A stretch of DNA of 64,000 bases from an uncultured delta proteobacterium (GTDB lineage: Bacteria > Myxococcota_A > Polyangia > Polyangiales > Polyangiaceae): assembly GCA_963716725.1 (NCBI GenBank), contig CAVQUB010000002.1, positions 1-64,000 of the forward strand, in the 5' to 3' direction. Of this stretch, positions 10,309-21,865 are shown one piece after another. The first letter of the stretch is position 1. Every line of letters starts with the position of its first letter. The notes under the pieces were generated by a model. That model did no database searches and was not told the origin of the DNA. It was given only the letters and a program-made list of their open reading frames with translations. A program made the position numbers and the translations under genes.

Positions 10309-11497
10309 TCAGTACACCTCGATGTCACCGCGGAGCAGCCGCGGCAAGAGCCCCGGCAGATGCGCGAGCGCATCACCGAGCACTTCTCTTGCTTGCGGGC
10401 CCAGGCGGCCGAGATTCCGCCGGATCGTCCAGCCAGAGCCTCACTTGGGCGAGATCCGGCTGGTCGATGGGGCGACCGATGCAGCTCAGCAAATAGACCT
10501 CGGCGCCGCGCACCCCCGGCAACTCCGCGCAGAGCGCGCGCGCCGCTTCGTTCGCCAACAGGTTGTAGAGCTTGCCCACGTGGCTCACCGGGTTCTTGCC
10601 GGCGGCCGCTTCCAGGCTCATGGGGCGGCAGGGAGTGATCAGACCGTTCACGCGGTTGCCGCGACCGACTTGGCCGTCGTCGCCGGCTTCGGCCGAGAGC
10701 CCCGTGACCGTGAGGTAGACGCTGCCGGCCGCGGCGTCGTCGCTGGCGTTGACCACCACGCCCACGTCGCCGAGCGTTGGTTCGGCGAGCTCACGAACGC
10801 GGGCTTCGACGGCGCGCTTGGCCTGCAGATACGCGTCGAGATCAGGCAGGTGGCGATCGACGAAGGCCCGCGCGACGGTCAGCGCGGCCGCAGATCCGTC
10901 GCGCCGACCCATCACTTTTACGTCTTCACCGCCCGCCGGATTCGCGTCTCGAAAGCTGGGGGCGTTCAGCTCGCGTTCGACCGAGAGCACCAGGGACTCG
11001 AGCCGCGACAAGGGCGCGAAGCCGACGCCGATGGAGGTATCGTTGGCGAGCACCGCGGGCGAGGGGCCGCGACGCTGAAAGAGCGCTGACAGATCCACCG
11101 AACCAGCGCGGACGTGGGTGTGAATGCGAACGTGTCGCTCCCGGTCGAGCCCGCGTAGGTTTTTGCTCAGCCACTCGGTGGCGGCACGCTCAGCAATGTC
11201 GTCGATGGGGACGAGCTCGTCGCCCACTCGCGTGACCGCCCGGCCTGCCAAATGGATCTCGATGGGCTCGATCACCTCACCTCCGCCAAAGCGTGGCCGG
11301 GCCAGCCCGCCCACGAGCAGCGCCTTGTCGACGTTGTGGTGGAGGATCACCCCGAATCGCTCCAGGTAGAAGCGGCACAGCCCGCGCGACAGCTCTTCGG
11401 CCAGCGCGTCGCAGATGGTGTCAGGGTGACCGAGCCCCTTGCGCTCCACCAGCTCGACCTCCCCGGGGGCCCCTCCGACATCGACGCGGACCTTCAT
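10309..11497 (-). CDS. mat: Archaeal-type methionine adenosyltransferase (SAM synthetase); +1 frameshift near 10410
   Basis: [84 protein letters not shown]-terminus continues in another frame to ..GDIEVY*. Confidence 0.85.
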
Positions 11498-11610
11498 GGC
11501 ATGCCCGATGATGCACTCATGCCCCCGCCAGTGCGAGCCCGCGCGCCCACCCGCCGGGCGCAGCATTTTCTGTCGCGGCCCTTCGACCGGTGCGCTAGGT
11601 TCCGCCGCCG

Positions 11611-12137
<527 letters not shown>

Positions 12138-12138
<1 letters not shown>

Positions 12139-13118
12139 TGCGCGACAAGATCGCGCTCTGCCATCTGCCCACCCCGCTCTGGCGTTCCGACGCCCTTGAC
12201 GCCCTGGTCGGCACCAGCGTCTGGGTCAAGCGCGACGACATGACCGGCGGCGCGGAGGCCGGCAACAAGCTGCGCAAGCTCGAGTACCTGATGGCCGACG
12301 CGATGGCGGCCCGCGCCACCGTGATCGTGACCTGCGGCGGAGTGCAATCGAACCACGCCCGCGCCACGGCCATCGTCGCGGCCCGCCTCGGCCTGTCGTC
12401 GTGTTTGCTGCTGCGCTCCGCGACCCCCGACCTGATGCCCCCGCCGACGGGCAACCTGCTACTCGACCGCATGGTCGGCGCCGAGGTCCGCCTGATTTCG
12501 CCCGAGGACTACCGGCAGCGAACTCTGGTCATGGCCCGCGCAGCCGACGATCTCGCAGCCCGAGGGCAACGTGCCTACGTGATCCCCGAGGGAGGCTCGA
12601 ATGCGCTCGGCTCCCTCGGCTACGTCGACGCCATGCGGGAGGTCCGCGAGCAGCTCGATCTCGGCCTCGGGGGCGGCCCCCGCGCCTTCGACAGCGTGGT
12701 GTTTGCCTGCGGTTCCGGCGGCACCGCTGCCGGCGTCGTGCTCGGCGCCGCCGAGTGGGACGTCGCGCCCCAGGCCCACGCCATGGCTGTATGCGACGAC
12801 GCGCCCTATTTCGAGCGCGTCGTCGGGCGCATCGCCATCCAAGCGCAAGGTCTGGCGCCGGAGCTGGACCGCATGGCCAAGCTCTGCGTGGTCGATCGCT
12901 TCAAGGGGCCGGGCTACGGCGTGGCGAGCGATGAGCAGCGTCGCTTCATCGTCGAAGTTGCTCGGCGCACCGGGCTCTTGCTCGATCCTGTCTACACCGG
13001 CAAAGCGATGTTCGCGCTGGCGCGACTCGAGTCGAAACCGAAGCGCGTCTTGTTCGTGCATACCGGTGGACTGCCCGGGCTCTTGGCCCAAGCCGACGCC
13101 TTCGCCGGAGAGTTCTGA
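12138..13118 (+). CDS. D-cysteine desulfhydrase / ACC deaminase family PLP enzyme
   Basis: KRDD..GNKLRKLEYL, QSNH, GSGGT, LLDPVYTGKA, HTGG; TGATG overlap with the upstream gene. Confidence 0.88.
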
Positions 13119-13165
13119 TTTCCGACGACGACGCCGCCGCGCCTGCCGCCCCTCCGAGTCGGGGA

Positions 13166-14092
13166 TTGAAGACCTGGCTGTCGTGGCTGGCTCCCTACGC
13201 CATTGCGGCCTTGGTCATCGTCTTCATCAGCCGCCAGTACTCGATCACCGCCATCCGCGCCGAGATGGCCAAGGGCGAGTGGCTGCCCCTGATCCCGCTG
13301 GCCTTCGTGACCTACGTCGCGTCACTGGCCTGGGTGGCCGCGGCCGATCGCACGGTGCTCCGGGGCCTCTTGGCGGAGGATCTGACCCCGAGCTACCTCG
13401 CCGTCGCCAAGGGCAAGGCCGCCGCCGTGGTGCTGCACATCGTGCACTACGCGCTCGGCCAAGGCGTCTACGCGACGTGGATGGCGCGACGCACGCGACT
13501 GAACTTGGGCCAAGCCGGCGGACTGATCTTCTACATCATCCTCGCAGAACTCGGCTCGGTCTGCCTCTACGCGGCGCTCGTCATCGGCATCGGGCGCCCG
13601 GACGTTCCCAGCGCGGTGTTCCCCTTGGTGCTCGGCGTCGCGCTGGCCGTCATCGCCGCGGTGGTATTCCTGCCCGCCACGCGCTCGGAGCGCTTCGGCT
13701 TTCTCCAGATCTGGGTCAAGGTCGGGCGCGCTCGCGGCCTCGCTCAGCTGGGCATCCGAGTGGGTCAACACGCGACCACCACCACCGCGACGTGGCTCGC
13801 GGCGCGTTGGTTCGGCATGGACATGCCCCTCGCCGTGATGCTGTCGTACCTGCCCGTGATCCTGGTGGTCGGATCGCTGCCGATCAACGTCGCCGGCTTC
13901 GGCGCGGTTCAGGGCGCGTGGCTCTTGCTCAGCCCCTGGGCCCCCGCCGAACGCATCTTGGCCTTCAGCGTGGTGTGGCAGGCGGCGAGCGCGCTGGCGC
14001 TGGTCGCCCGCGGGCTGCCCTTCCTCCGGGGTGTGCTCGCCGACATCCGGGAGGGCAAGCAGAGCGCAGCCCCGCCGAGGCCCTCAGATTGA
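13166..14092 (+). CDS. Polytopic membrane protein, lysylphosphatidylglycerol-synthase TM/flippase-like
   Basis: About 8 TM segments; LPINVAGFGAVQ resembles the P.t.gG.G.e motif of the family. Confidence 0.55.
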   Translation: MKTWLSWLAPYAIAALVIVFISRQYSITAIRAEMAKGEWLPLIPLAFVTYVASLAWVAAADRTVLRGLLAEDLTPSYLAVAKGKAAAVVLHIVHYALGQGVYATWMARRTRLNLGQAGGLIFYIILAELGSVCLYAALVIGIGRPDVPSAVFPLVLGVALAVIAAVVFLPATRSERFGFLQIWVKVGRARGLAQLGIRVGQHATTTTATWLAARWFGMDMPLAVMLSYLPVILVVGSLPINVAGFGAVQGAWLLLSPWAPAERILAFSVVWQAASALALVARGLPFLRGVLADIREGKQSAAPPRPSD

Positions 14093-14128
14093 CAAGTTTG
14101 CGCTACATGTCGTAAGGCATTCTTGTCA
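14089..14128 (+). promoter_or_regulatory. Putative modABC promoter/operator: TTGACA with TGACAAG-N25-CTTGTCA inverted repeat
   Basis: AT-richer patch with a perfect -35 hexamer and a 7-bp inverted repeat upstream of modA. Confidence 0.4.
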
Positions 14129-14241
14129 TGCTGATGCCCCCGGACTGGATCGGTGCGCACCGGCAGGCCTGGCCGGACCGGCGCAGCGAGCGCCGTGGCC
14201 GCGGGGGTCGCGACCGCGTCGTGGGGGGACTGTCTGACGCC

Positions 14242-15015
14242 TTGCGGCTCCTGCATTCGCTCGTGGTCTTGCTCTGCATCTGCCTGAACGCGTGCGCGCG
14301 CCCCGAGGCGGCCCGCGACGAGCAGGTCGTGGTCTTCGCCGCGGCCTCGCTCCGCGACGCCTTCGGCGCGCTGGCCCGCGATTTCGAGCGGGTCCGGCCC
14401 GGCACGAAGGTGACGTTCAACTTCGGGGGCACGCAGCAGCTCCGCACCCAGATCGAGCACGGAGCAGCCGCCGATGTGTTCGCCTCCGCGGATACCCGCC
14501 ACATGGACGAGCTCGTGCGTGCGTCGCGCGCTTCGGCGCCGGTGGTCTTCGCCAAGAACGAGCCGGTGTTGGTCGTTGCCAAGGAGAGCGCCGCCACCAT
14601 CCGGGGCCTGTCGGATCTGCCCCACGCCAAGCGCATCGTGATCGGCGCGACCGAGGTGCCGATCGGCCGCTACACACTGCAGATCCTGGACAGCGCGAGC
14701 GCGCGCTTCGGCGCTGACTTCCGCGCCCGGGTCGAGGCCAGGATCGTCTCCCGTGAGCTCAACGTGCGACAGGTGCTGGCCAAGGTGAGCCTCGGCGAAG
14801 CGCAGGCCGGCATCGTCTACCGCACCGATGCGATGTCCGCAGTGGACAGTCTGAGCATCGTGACCATCCCTGCCGACCTCAACGTGGTGGCCGAATACCC
14901 CATCGCCGTGACGACCCAAGCCAAGAGCCCGGTCGCGGCCCGCGCCTTCGTCGACTTCGTGCTCTCGCCCGACGGACAGCGCGCGCTTCGGCGGGCCGGC
15001 TTCGTAGCGCCATGA
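14242..15015 (+). CDS. modA: Molybdate ABC transporter substrate-binding lipoprotein (start uncertain; ORF open from 14128)
   Basis: [43 protein letters not shown]; lipobox LNAC. Confidence 0.9.
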   Translation: MRLLHSLVVLLCICLNACARPEAARDEQVVVFAAASLRDAFGALARDFERVRPGTKVTFNFGGTQQLRTQIEHGAAADVFASADTRHMDELVRASRASAPVVFAKNEPVLVVAKESAATIRGLSDLPHAKRIVIGATEVPIGRYTLQILDSASARFGADFRARVEARIVSRELNVRQVLAKVSLGEAQAGIVYRTDAMSAVDSLSIVTIPADLNVVAEYPIAVTTQAKSPVAARAFVDFVLSPDGQRALRRAGFVAP

Positions 15016-15811
15016 CCCCGGGGCGATTGCAGGCCGAGCGGCTCGTCTTGGCCGTCTTCGGCGGCGTGCTCGTGGCGTTCTTGGTGGTGCCCCTGGCGGC
15101 CCTCGTGCTCGGCAGCACGACCTCCGAGCTCCGCGGCGGCCTCGCGAATCCCTTGGTCTGGCCGGCGCTTCGCTTGAGCCTGCTGACCACCTCGCTGAGC
15201 CTGTTCGTCGTGGTGGCATTCGGCACACCCCTGGCGTGGTCCCTGGCCCGAACGCAGAGCGGTTGGGCTCGCGCCATCGAGACGGCGATCGAGTTGCCGA
15301 TCGTGGTACCGCCGGCGGTGGCGGGCGTGGCGCTGCTCTTGGCCTTCGGTCGCCGCGGCCTCCTCGCGGGGTGGCTGTACCCGGAGGGCTGGTCGGTGAC
15401 CTTCACCACGGCAGCGGTGGTCATGGCGGAGGTATTCGTCTCCGCGCCCTTCTTCGTGCAAGCGGCCGTGAGCGCGTTTCGGCGCATCGATCCCAAGCTC
15501 CTGCTCGTGGCGCAGACCTTCGGCGCCACGCCGCTCCGGATCTCCTTCGAGTTGCCCTGCCACTAGCCGCTCCCGGGCTCTTTGCCGGAGCCGCCATGAG
15601 CTGGGCTCGCTCGCTGGGCGAATTCGGCGCCACCCTGATGTTCGCGGGCAACCTCCAGGGACGCACTCAGACGCTGCCGCTCGCCATCTACACCGCGCTG
15701 GAGTCGGACCTCGCCACAGCTCGTGCGCTGTCGGTGGTGCTGGTGGTCGTGGCCTTCGCGCTCCTGCTCTTCGTTCGGGCTGTCTTGCGCCGTCAGGAGG
15801 CCGCGGCGTGA
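15012..15811 (+). CDS. modB: Molybdate ABC transporter permease; frameshift near 15545
   Basis: [19 protein letters not shown]; second frame gives [27 protein letters not shown]. Confidence 0.88.
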
Positions 15812-16536
15812 GTCTTTCGGCAAAGCTCGTCGCCACGGTCGGATCGTTGCGGCTCGAGCTGGAGATCGACACGGGCCCGGGCACGTTGGTCGTGATCGGC
15901 CCAAATGGCGCCGGCAAGACCAGCTTGCTCTCGCTGCTACTCGGCGCGCTGCCGGCAGAGCGCGGGCGCGTGTCGGTGGGAGAGTCGTTGCTCCTGGACA
16001 CGGAAGCGGGCGTGCACGTGCCTCTGGAGGCCCGGCGACTCGGCTACCTGCCCCAAGACTACGCGCTCTTCCCGCACCTGACCGTGCTTCAGAATGTCGA
16101 ATTCGCGCTGGGCAGCGCCGAGCCCAGACTCGCCCGAAGCACGCGTGCCCAGCGCGCCCGAGGGGTCCTCGAGGAGCTCGAGCTCGAGACGCTCGGCGAC
16201 CGCAGGACTGACGCGCTGTCCGGCGGTGAGCGTCAGCGGGTGGCCCTGGCGCGCGCACTGTCGGCCGGCCCCCGCGCGCTGTTGCTCGACGAGCCCCTGG
16301 CCGCCCTCGACGTTCACTCGCGCCGCGAGGTGCGACGCTTCCTCCGAGAGTACCTGAAACGCCTCGCCCTGCCGACCTTGCTGGTGACCCACGACGCCGC
16401 CGACGCCAGAGAGCTGGGCCTGCGCATCGCGGTGTTGGAGAGCGGGAAGCTCACCCAGACCGGGACCTGGGACGAACTCGCCGCGAGCCCCGCGTCCCGC
16501 TTCGTGGAAGAGTTCGTCGGGGCCGAGGGATCGTAG
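15808..16536 (+). CDS. modC: Molybdate ABC transporter ATP-binding protein
   Basis: [40 protein letters not shown]. Confidence 0.85.
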   Translation: MSLSAKLVATVGSLRLELEIDTGPGTLVVIGPNGAGKTSLLSLLLGALPAERGRVSVGESLLLDTEAGVHVPLEARRLGYLPQDYALFPHLTVLQNVEFALGSAEPRLARSTRAQRARGVLEELELETLGDRRTDALSGGERQRVALARALSAGPRALLLDEPLAALDVHSRREVRRFLREYLKRLALPTLLVTHDAADARELGLRIAVLESGKLTQTGTWDELAASPASRFVEEFVGAEGS

Positions 16537-16602
16537 CGGCGGCTCGGGAAACACCGAGCCTTTGCTTGCAGCTAGCGGCGCCTCCGCGGACGTGATCCGC
16601 GC

Positions 16603-17043
16603 TCAGCTCGGCTCGACCGACACCCGCACGTCCAGCCCCTGCCGAACGCTCTGGGTCACCACGCAGAAGTCCTCGAAGCTCTCCAGGCACTTTGCGAGCT
16701 TCTCCTGGCTCGCCCCGAGCTGGGGCATTAGCTTCACGGCAACGTGGCCGATCCGCAGTCGGCGTTCGGCGTTGCGCACGAGCTCGACGTGGACGGCCGC
16801 TCGAATCGACTCGAGGGGCGTGCCGGCCCGCGACATGCAGAACACCAAGCTGGCGGCGAGGCAGCCGCCAATGGACGCCGCCAAGATGCGCGCTGCGTTC
16901 GGCGCGGCGTCCCCCGACAAGGGCGCCGGCTCGTCGAGCATCAGCTCGGCGTACTGCTCTTTGTCGAAGCGCGTGCGCAGCTCGTAGCCCGCGACTTGCT
17001 CGATCGTCAGGTCGAACTCCGCCACCTTGGTTTCGCTCTGCAT
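16603..17043 (-). CDS. OsmC/Ohr family protein
   Basis: DEP..L.G...PN...L.A..GGC and FCVVTQSV; GGAGGA RBS. Confidence 0.8.
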   Translation of the reverse strand: MQSETKVAEFDLTIEQVAGYELRTRFDKEQYAELMLDEPAPLSGDAAPNAARILAASIGGCLAASLVFCMSRAGTPLESIRAAVHVELVRNAERRLRIGHVAVKLMPQLGASQEKLAKCLESFEDFCVVTQSVRQGLDVRVSVEPS

Positions 17044-17085
17044 GGTTTCCTCCACGGGGTGAGAGCCCGGAAGGGCTCGATGGAT

Positions 17086-19299
17086 TCAGCGCGGCTTCAC
17101 CCTGACTTCGCGCAGCTCTTTGAAGAACGCCCGGTAGCGGCCCATGACCTTCTCTTTCAGGGCGGCGTCGTCGAGCAGATCCTTCTTCTCGGCGGGATCC
17201 TGCTCCAGATCGAAGAGCCCCATGGGCCGACCGTCGCTGGTGATGAGCTTGAGGTTGCCGTCGATGAAGGCCTGACGGTCGGCGTTGTTCGGACCCGCCG
17301 TCATATGCGAAAAAACGATGCGTTCTCGGGGCTGGTGACCCTCCGGCTGGACCAGGTCGAGCAGCAACGACGTGCCGCTCACGAAATCGGTTCCGTCGCC
17401 CTGGGGCATCGGTAGGCGAAACAGGTCCAACACAGTTGGAACCAGATCGATGGCTCCGCGGCGGACAGCCACCTTGCGCGGTGAAACTCCCGGGACGTGC
17501 ACGATCAGTGGCACCCGGATCAGCTCTTCCCACAGCTCGAAGCCGTGGCGCACCATGCCGTGCTCTCCAAACGCCTCGCCATGGTCGCTAGTGACCATGA
17601 CGATCGTGCGATCCTTCAGCGGGCTCTTGTCGATGGCTTCGAGCACGCGGCCAACATGGTGATCGACGTAGGCGACCTCGCTGTCGTAGAGGTCGCGGCC
17701 GGTACCGCCGAAGTCGAAGCCCTCGTGCTTCACGTACTCGGCGTGCGGGTCGACGTAGTGCGCCCACATGAAGAAGGGTTTGTCGGTGGTCTCGGGCTTG
17801 GCCAGGAGCGCGATGGCAGCGTCGGAGATCTTCTCGGAGTTGAAGCTGCGATCGCCTTCGACCTGAATGCTCTTCGGCGCGGCGGAGCGGTCGATCACGT
17901 CGAAACCGCGCTCGAACCCCGCCCCTTCTTGGAAGAAGTACCAGTAGCCCTGGACGCTCAGGGTGTGCACGCCCGCCCGCTGGAGGCGCTCGGCGACGAA
18001 GGTGTCGGCCTTGCCGAAGAGATTGAAGTGCGCCCAGCCGCGGTGGGTCTCGTTCGGGTACTTGCCGATCAGCGCCGGGGCGAGGCTCTTGCTGGTGTAA
18101 GAAGCGAGCGCGTAGGCCTTCTCGAACACCACGCTCCGGGCCGCCAGCGCGTCGATCTTGGGCGAGACCGCGCGCGCATTGCCCATGTAGCCGAGGTCCC
18201 AGCGCAGCGTGTCGATGCTGATCAGCACCACGTTGGGCTTTTCAGGGATCTTGGCCAGCGCCGCCTCGCGCACGCTCTTGGGCGCCACCGGCGCGGCTTT
18301 CTCGATCTGGGCCAGCTCGGCGTCGCGTCCAGAGCAGTCTTCGTCGATGCCATTGCCGGGGGCGTCGTCGGCGCCCGGGTTGATCGCGGGATTCGCGTCG
18401 TCACAATCGCCGCCGCCGAAGCGCGCGGAAAATCCGTCCCGATCTGCGTCGCTCGCCTTGCGCAGCCGGCCGACCACCAGCTTTCCGAGGGGCATCGAGC
18501 GCTCCGCGGCCAGGGCGACGCGGCGCTCGGCCAGACCCGGGCCCGCAGCCCGCACGAAGAGCAGCACCGGCAAGATCGCAAACGCCGACAGCGCCCAGCT
18601 CGGCGCACGTCGGAGCGCCGCAGGCAGCAGGTACGCGCCGAGGGCCATCGCCGCGAGCAGCCCCGGCGCGCGAAGATCGAGCTCCTCGCGCTTGAGCACC
18701 CCGAAGATCGCCAGCGTGCCGCCGGCGCCGCTGGTGGTTCCGGTTGCGACCGCGGCGGCGAATGCGCCCACGCCGAGCGCGACACCGACAGCGAGGGCAA
18801 GCGCAGGCCGCGGCCCGCGGGCGATGCTGGATGAAAGCAAGCGCGCCGCCCCCAGCACCAACGCGAAGATCCCGAGCGCTGCCAGCGCGCTGCCCAGGAC
18901 CCCCGCCGCCGCCGACGGTTTCGGCCCCAGCGGTGAGGCCAGAAATCCCAGGCCGAGTCGCGCAGCGACGATCAGCCACGCCACCACTGCCAGGGGCGCG
19001 AGCAGGCAGACGAAGGCCCGCTCACTCGACTCCGACTCGAGGGCGCGCACCATCCGGCGTGCCGAGGGCGCCGCCTCGGGATGCAAGAACAACGATCCGC
19101 ACGCGACGCCAATTCCAACCAACAGCGCGACGGGCCAGGCGAGGCCCGAAGCCGCCAGGGTCAGCGCGCCGAAGGCCGGCGGCTCGGTCTGCGAGCCCTG
19201 GACCCAGCGCGCCTCGAGGAGCGCAGCGCCGAAGCTCGCGAGCACGGCGCCAGCAGCGCTCGCCGCCACGCGGTGCACGACTTCCCGGAGCTCAGCCAC
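17086..19299 (-). CDS. Membrane-anchored alkaline-phosphatase/sulfatase-superfamily enzyme with Ca-binding-like repeat
   Basis: N-terminal TM helices; DADRDG..GGDCDD..PGADD..NGIDEDC motif; SIDTLR, YVDPH, SDHGE, HG. Confidence 0.8.
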   Translation of the reverse strand: MAELREVVHRVAASAAGAVLASFGAALLEARWVQGSQTEPPAFGALTLAASGLAWPVALLVGIGVACGSLFLHPEAAPSARRMVRALESESSERAFVCLLAPLAVVAWLIVAARLGLGFLASPLGPKPSAAAGVLGSALAALGIFALVLGAARLLSSSIARGPRPALALAVGVALGVGAFAAAVATGTTSGAGGTLAIFGVLKREELDLRAPGLLAAMALGAYLLPAALRRAPSWALSAFAILPVLLFVRAAGPGLAERRVALAAERSMPLGKLVVGRLRKASDADRDGFSARFGGGDCDDANPAINPGADDAPGNGIDEDCSGRDAELAQIEKAAPVAPKSVREAALAKIPEKPNVVLISIDTLRWDLGYMGNARAVSPKIDALAARSVVFEKAYALASYTSKSLAPALIGKYPNETHRGWAHFNLFGKADTFVAERLQRAGVHTLSVQGYWYFFQEGAGFERGFDVIDRSAAPKSIQVEGDRSFNSEKISDAAIALLAKPETTDKPFFMWAHYVDPHAEYVKHEGFDFGGTGRDLYDSEVAYVDHHVGRVLEAIDKSPLKDRTIVMVTSDHGEAFGEHGMVRHGFELWEELIRVPLIVHVPGVSPRKVAVRRGAIDLVPTVLDLFRLPMPQGDGTDFVSGTSLLLDLVQPEGHQPRERIVFSHMTAGPNNADRQAFIDGNLKLITSDGRPMGLFDLEQDPAEKKDLLDDAALKEKVMGRYRAFFKELREVRVKPR

Positions 19300-20236
19300 C
19301 GCGCCGGGCCTTCTTGGCCAGGGGGTGGGCCCGGTCGTAGACGCCCAGGAGCTGCTCGAGCGACACGTGGGTGTAACGTTGGGTGGTCGAGAGGCTGCTG
19401 TGGCCCAGCATCTCCTGAATCGCGCGCAAGTCGGCGCCTCCTTCGAGCATGTGCGTCGCGCATGTGTGCCGGAGCGCGTGCGGATGCAAGTCCGGTCGTC
19501 CCGCGCCCAGCGCCCCGTAGCGTTGAACCAGGATCTGGACGCGCCTCACCCCGAGTCGGGTCCCGCGGCGGGTCAGGAGGAGTGCGCGGGGATCTTGCTG
19601 GGCGGACTTCGGGTGCTTCAGCGCGGCACGCAAGGGCAGGTAGTTATCAAAGGCGGCGCGGGCCCGACTGCCAATGGGCACGATGCGCTCTTTGTCGCCC
19701 TTGCCGAGCACCCGGAGCTCGTTCTGCTCGAGCGAAAAGCTCTGCAGATCCAGCCCCGCGAGCTCGCTCACGCGCACGCCGGATCCGTACAAGAGCTCGA
19801 GCATCAGGCGATCGCGTGCCTCTTCGCTCGGGTTCGTCCGCGAGTTGGGCTGCGGCGCGTCCATGACCTGTGCCGCGGCGTCCACCGAGAGGAACGCCGG
19901 CAGCTTACGACGCACTTTCGGGGTCGCCAACAGCTCCGCCGGGTTCTCGCTGACCTCGCCCTCGCGGGCGAGGTGGCGGAAGAACGCGCGCACGCTCGCC
20001 AGCTTCCTGGCGATGGTCCCGGCCGACCGCGATCGGCTGAGCTCGCCGAGCCAGGCGCGCAACGTCAACTTGTCGATGTCCTTCGGGCTCAGCGCCCCCT
20101 CGCTGCGGCTTCGAACGAAGGTCGCGAGTTGATCGAGATCGCTGCGGTAGGCCGAGACGGTGTGGCGCGACGAGCGGCGTTGCCCGACCAGGTGCTCGGT
20201 GAAGCGATCGATGGCGCGCTGGAGTCGATCGTCCAT
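19292..20236 (-). CDS. xerC: Tyrosine recombinase XerC
   Basis: HTVSAY..DL, LYGSGVRVSEL, GKGDKER, HPHALRHTCATH, LGH, TQRYTH. Confidence 0.88.
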   Translation of the reverse strand: MDDRLQRAIDRFTEHLVGQRRSSRHTVSAYRSDLDQLATFVRSRSEGALSPKDIDKLTLRAWLGELSRSRSAGTIARKLASVRAFFRHLAREGEVSENPAELLATPKVRRKLPAFLSVDAAAQVMDAPQPNSRTNPSEEARDRLMLELLYGSGVRVSELAGLDLQSFSLEQNELRVLGKGDKERIVPIGSRARAAFDNYLPLRAALKHPKSAQQDPRALLLTRRGTRLGVRRVQILVQRYGALGAGRPDLHPHALRHTCATHMLEGGADLRAIQEMLGHSSLSTTQRYTHVSLEQLLGVYDRAHPLAKKARRGG

Positions 20237-20883
20237 CACGCCCTGTACACCGCGTAGGTCCACATCACCGCCCCGAAGAGCGAGAGCGCCACGCCGAGCT
20301 TGGCGCGGCCGAGGGAAAGCCGGCCCTGGGGCGTGACTCCCGAGAAGCCCACCAGCCCGAGGCCGCCGAGGGCCAGCGCGAAGCCGAGCACCAACACACC
20401 CAAGAACAGGGTGCCCGGCGCGTCATCGCGCGCGAGCTCGGCCTTGGCACGTGCCACCGCCAGCTGCGGGTCGCCCACTTCGGACCCCTCCGCAGCCCGG
20501 GCGAGGCGCGCGAGGTTTTCGTCCGCCCGCGCGAGCTCTGCGCGGTGGGGTACCCAGACGTGTCGGGTCTCGAGGGCCGCGCCCCGCACCGACCGCCACG
20601 CCGACTCCGCCGTGCGCTTCTGTCCCGCGGCCTCTGCCCCGACCGCGATGGCCAGCAGGCGCTCGTAGCCCCGTCGCACGTGCGGCGCACCCGGCGCGTA
20701 CATCACAGCGGCGGCGCGGGCGTGCAGCACGGCGCTGGTCAAATCTGCGCGGTTGAAAGCGGCGTCGCTCTCGCGCATCTGCCGCTCGCCTTCGCGCACG
20801 GCGCGGGCCGTGAGCGCCGCGACCCCGAGCACCACCAACAGGAGCCCAACTGCGACGCTCCGGAGGATCTTGGCGGTGGTCAT
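20236..20883 (-). CDS. Hypothetical membrane protein
   Basis: N-terminal TM and two C-terminal TMs; overlaps both neighbouring genes. Confidence 0.7.
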   Translation of the reverse strand: MTTAKILRSVAVGLLLVVLGVAALTARAVREGERQMRESDAAFNRADLTSAVLHARAAAVMYAPGAPHVRRGYERLLAIAVGAEAAGQKRTAESAWRSVRGAALETRHVWVPHRAELARADENLARLARAAEGSEVGDPQLAVARAKAELARDDAPGTLFLGVLVLGFALALGGLGLVGFSGVTPQGRLSLGRAKLGVALSLFGAVMWTYAVYRA

Positions 20884-21812
20884 AGGAAATCGCGCCGACG
20901 AAACACCAAGCTCGCGAAGGCCAAGAGGCCCGCGGCCCACGCCAGGGAAGACAGCGCGGCCCACGCTACGTACTCACTCAGCGCTACTCCCGCTGCTTCA
21001 CCGGTGAGCAACGAGCGCGGGGGCACATACACCATCAAGTTGGGCACCACCCGGCTCATCAGCTCGCCGGCGGTCTGGATGCCCTTCCCGAACACGCGAT
21101 GCGGCAAGCGCGCCAGCGTGTCGGCCGAGCGCCCGACGATGAACACGCCGAAAGTGAAGATGGCGGTGAGGAAGGGCGACGAGAATGACGAAAACAGCGT
21201 GGCGATGGCCGCCACGATGGCGACCTCGCAGACGGTGAGGCTCGCGGCGCCCACGATCACCCGCCGGTCGTCGATGGCCCCGCTCGCCAGGAGCCAGCCG
21301 GCAATGACCATGGCCGCTGCCCACGCCATGGGCACGTAGATCCCGAGCCTCGGCCGTTTGATGGCGACCACGGCTGCCAGGGCCGCGCTGCCGAGACCCG
21401 AGCCGAGCACCACCCACAGATTGGCTCCGGAGAGCGCGCCGAGCGCCAGCAGCAGCGCGCCGGCGTTTGCCGCTACGAAGACCGCCAGCGTGAGCAGGGT
21501 CCCCAGGTACTTGCCGACCAGATACTCCCAGCGCCGGATCGGCCGCGCCAAGATCGGGAACACTGTCTTGTGCTCCAACTCGCGGTGCAGGCTGGTCGCC
21601 CCGAGCACGATGGCGACCACGATGGCGTAGAGCGAAATCGACGCCGCCCCAAGGTCGCTGACTACTCGCAGCGTGTCACGCAGCGCGAACTGCCCCACGA
21701 CCAGCGCGTAGGCGCCGGTGCCGATGGCGAGACCGAACAGCCCGTGCAAGACCCTGGCGCGAACGGCCTCGCGGTAGGTGTTGAGGGAAATGACTGCGAC
21801 GCGCGCCAGCAT
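20880..21812 (-). CDS. ABC-2 type permease (PilI-like)
   Basis: NTYREAVR.RVL, ELEHKTVFPILARPI.RWEYLVGKYLG, C-terminal FRRRDF. Confidence 0.75.
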   Translation of the reverse strand: MLARVAVISLNTYREAVRARVLHGLFGLAIGTGAYALVVGQFALRDTLRVVSDLGAASISLYAIVVAIVLGATSLHRELEHKTVFPILARPIRRWEYLVGKYLGTLLTLAVFVAANAGALLLALGALSGANLWVVLGSGLGSAALAAVVAIKRPRLGIYVPMAWAAAMVIAGWLLASGAIDDRRVIVGAASLTVCEVAIVAAIATLFSSFSSPFLTAIFTFGVFIVGRSADTLARLPHRVFGKGIQTAGELMSRVVPNLMVYVPPRSLLTGEAAGVALSEYVAWAALSSLAWAAGLLAFASLVFRRRDFL

Positions 21813-21865
21813 GCCAGCGCTCTTCTATAACCGCAGCCGGACCGAGATGACAAAGATCCGGTTGC

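Noticed and set aside
14130..14241. Moco/Wco riboswitch upstream of modA
   Set aside because: I could not find the conserved riboswitch features by eye; an Infernal scan is needed
19292..20236. Tyrosine recombinase as prophage or island integrase
   Set aside because: XerC-like size and motifs, embedded in an overlapping housekeeping-style operon, with no att/tRNA or phage genes nearby
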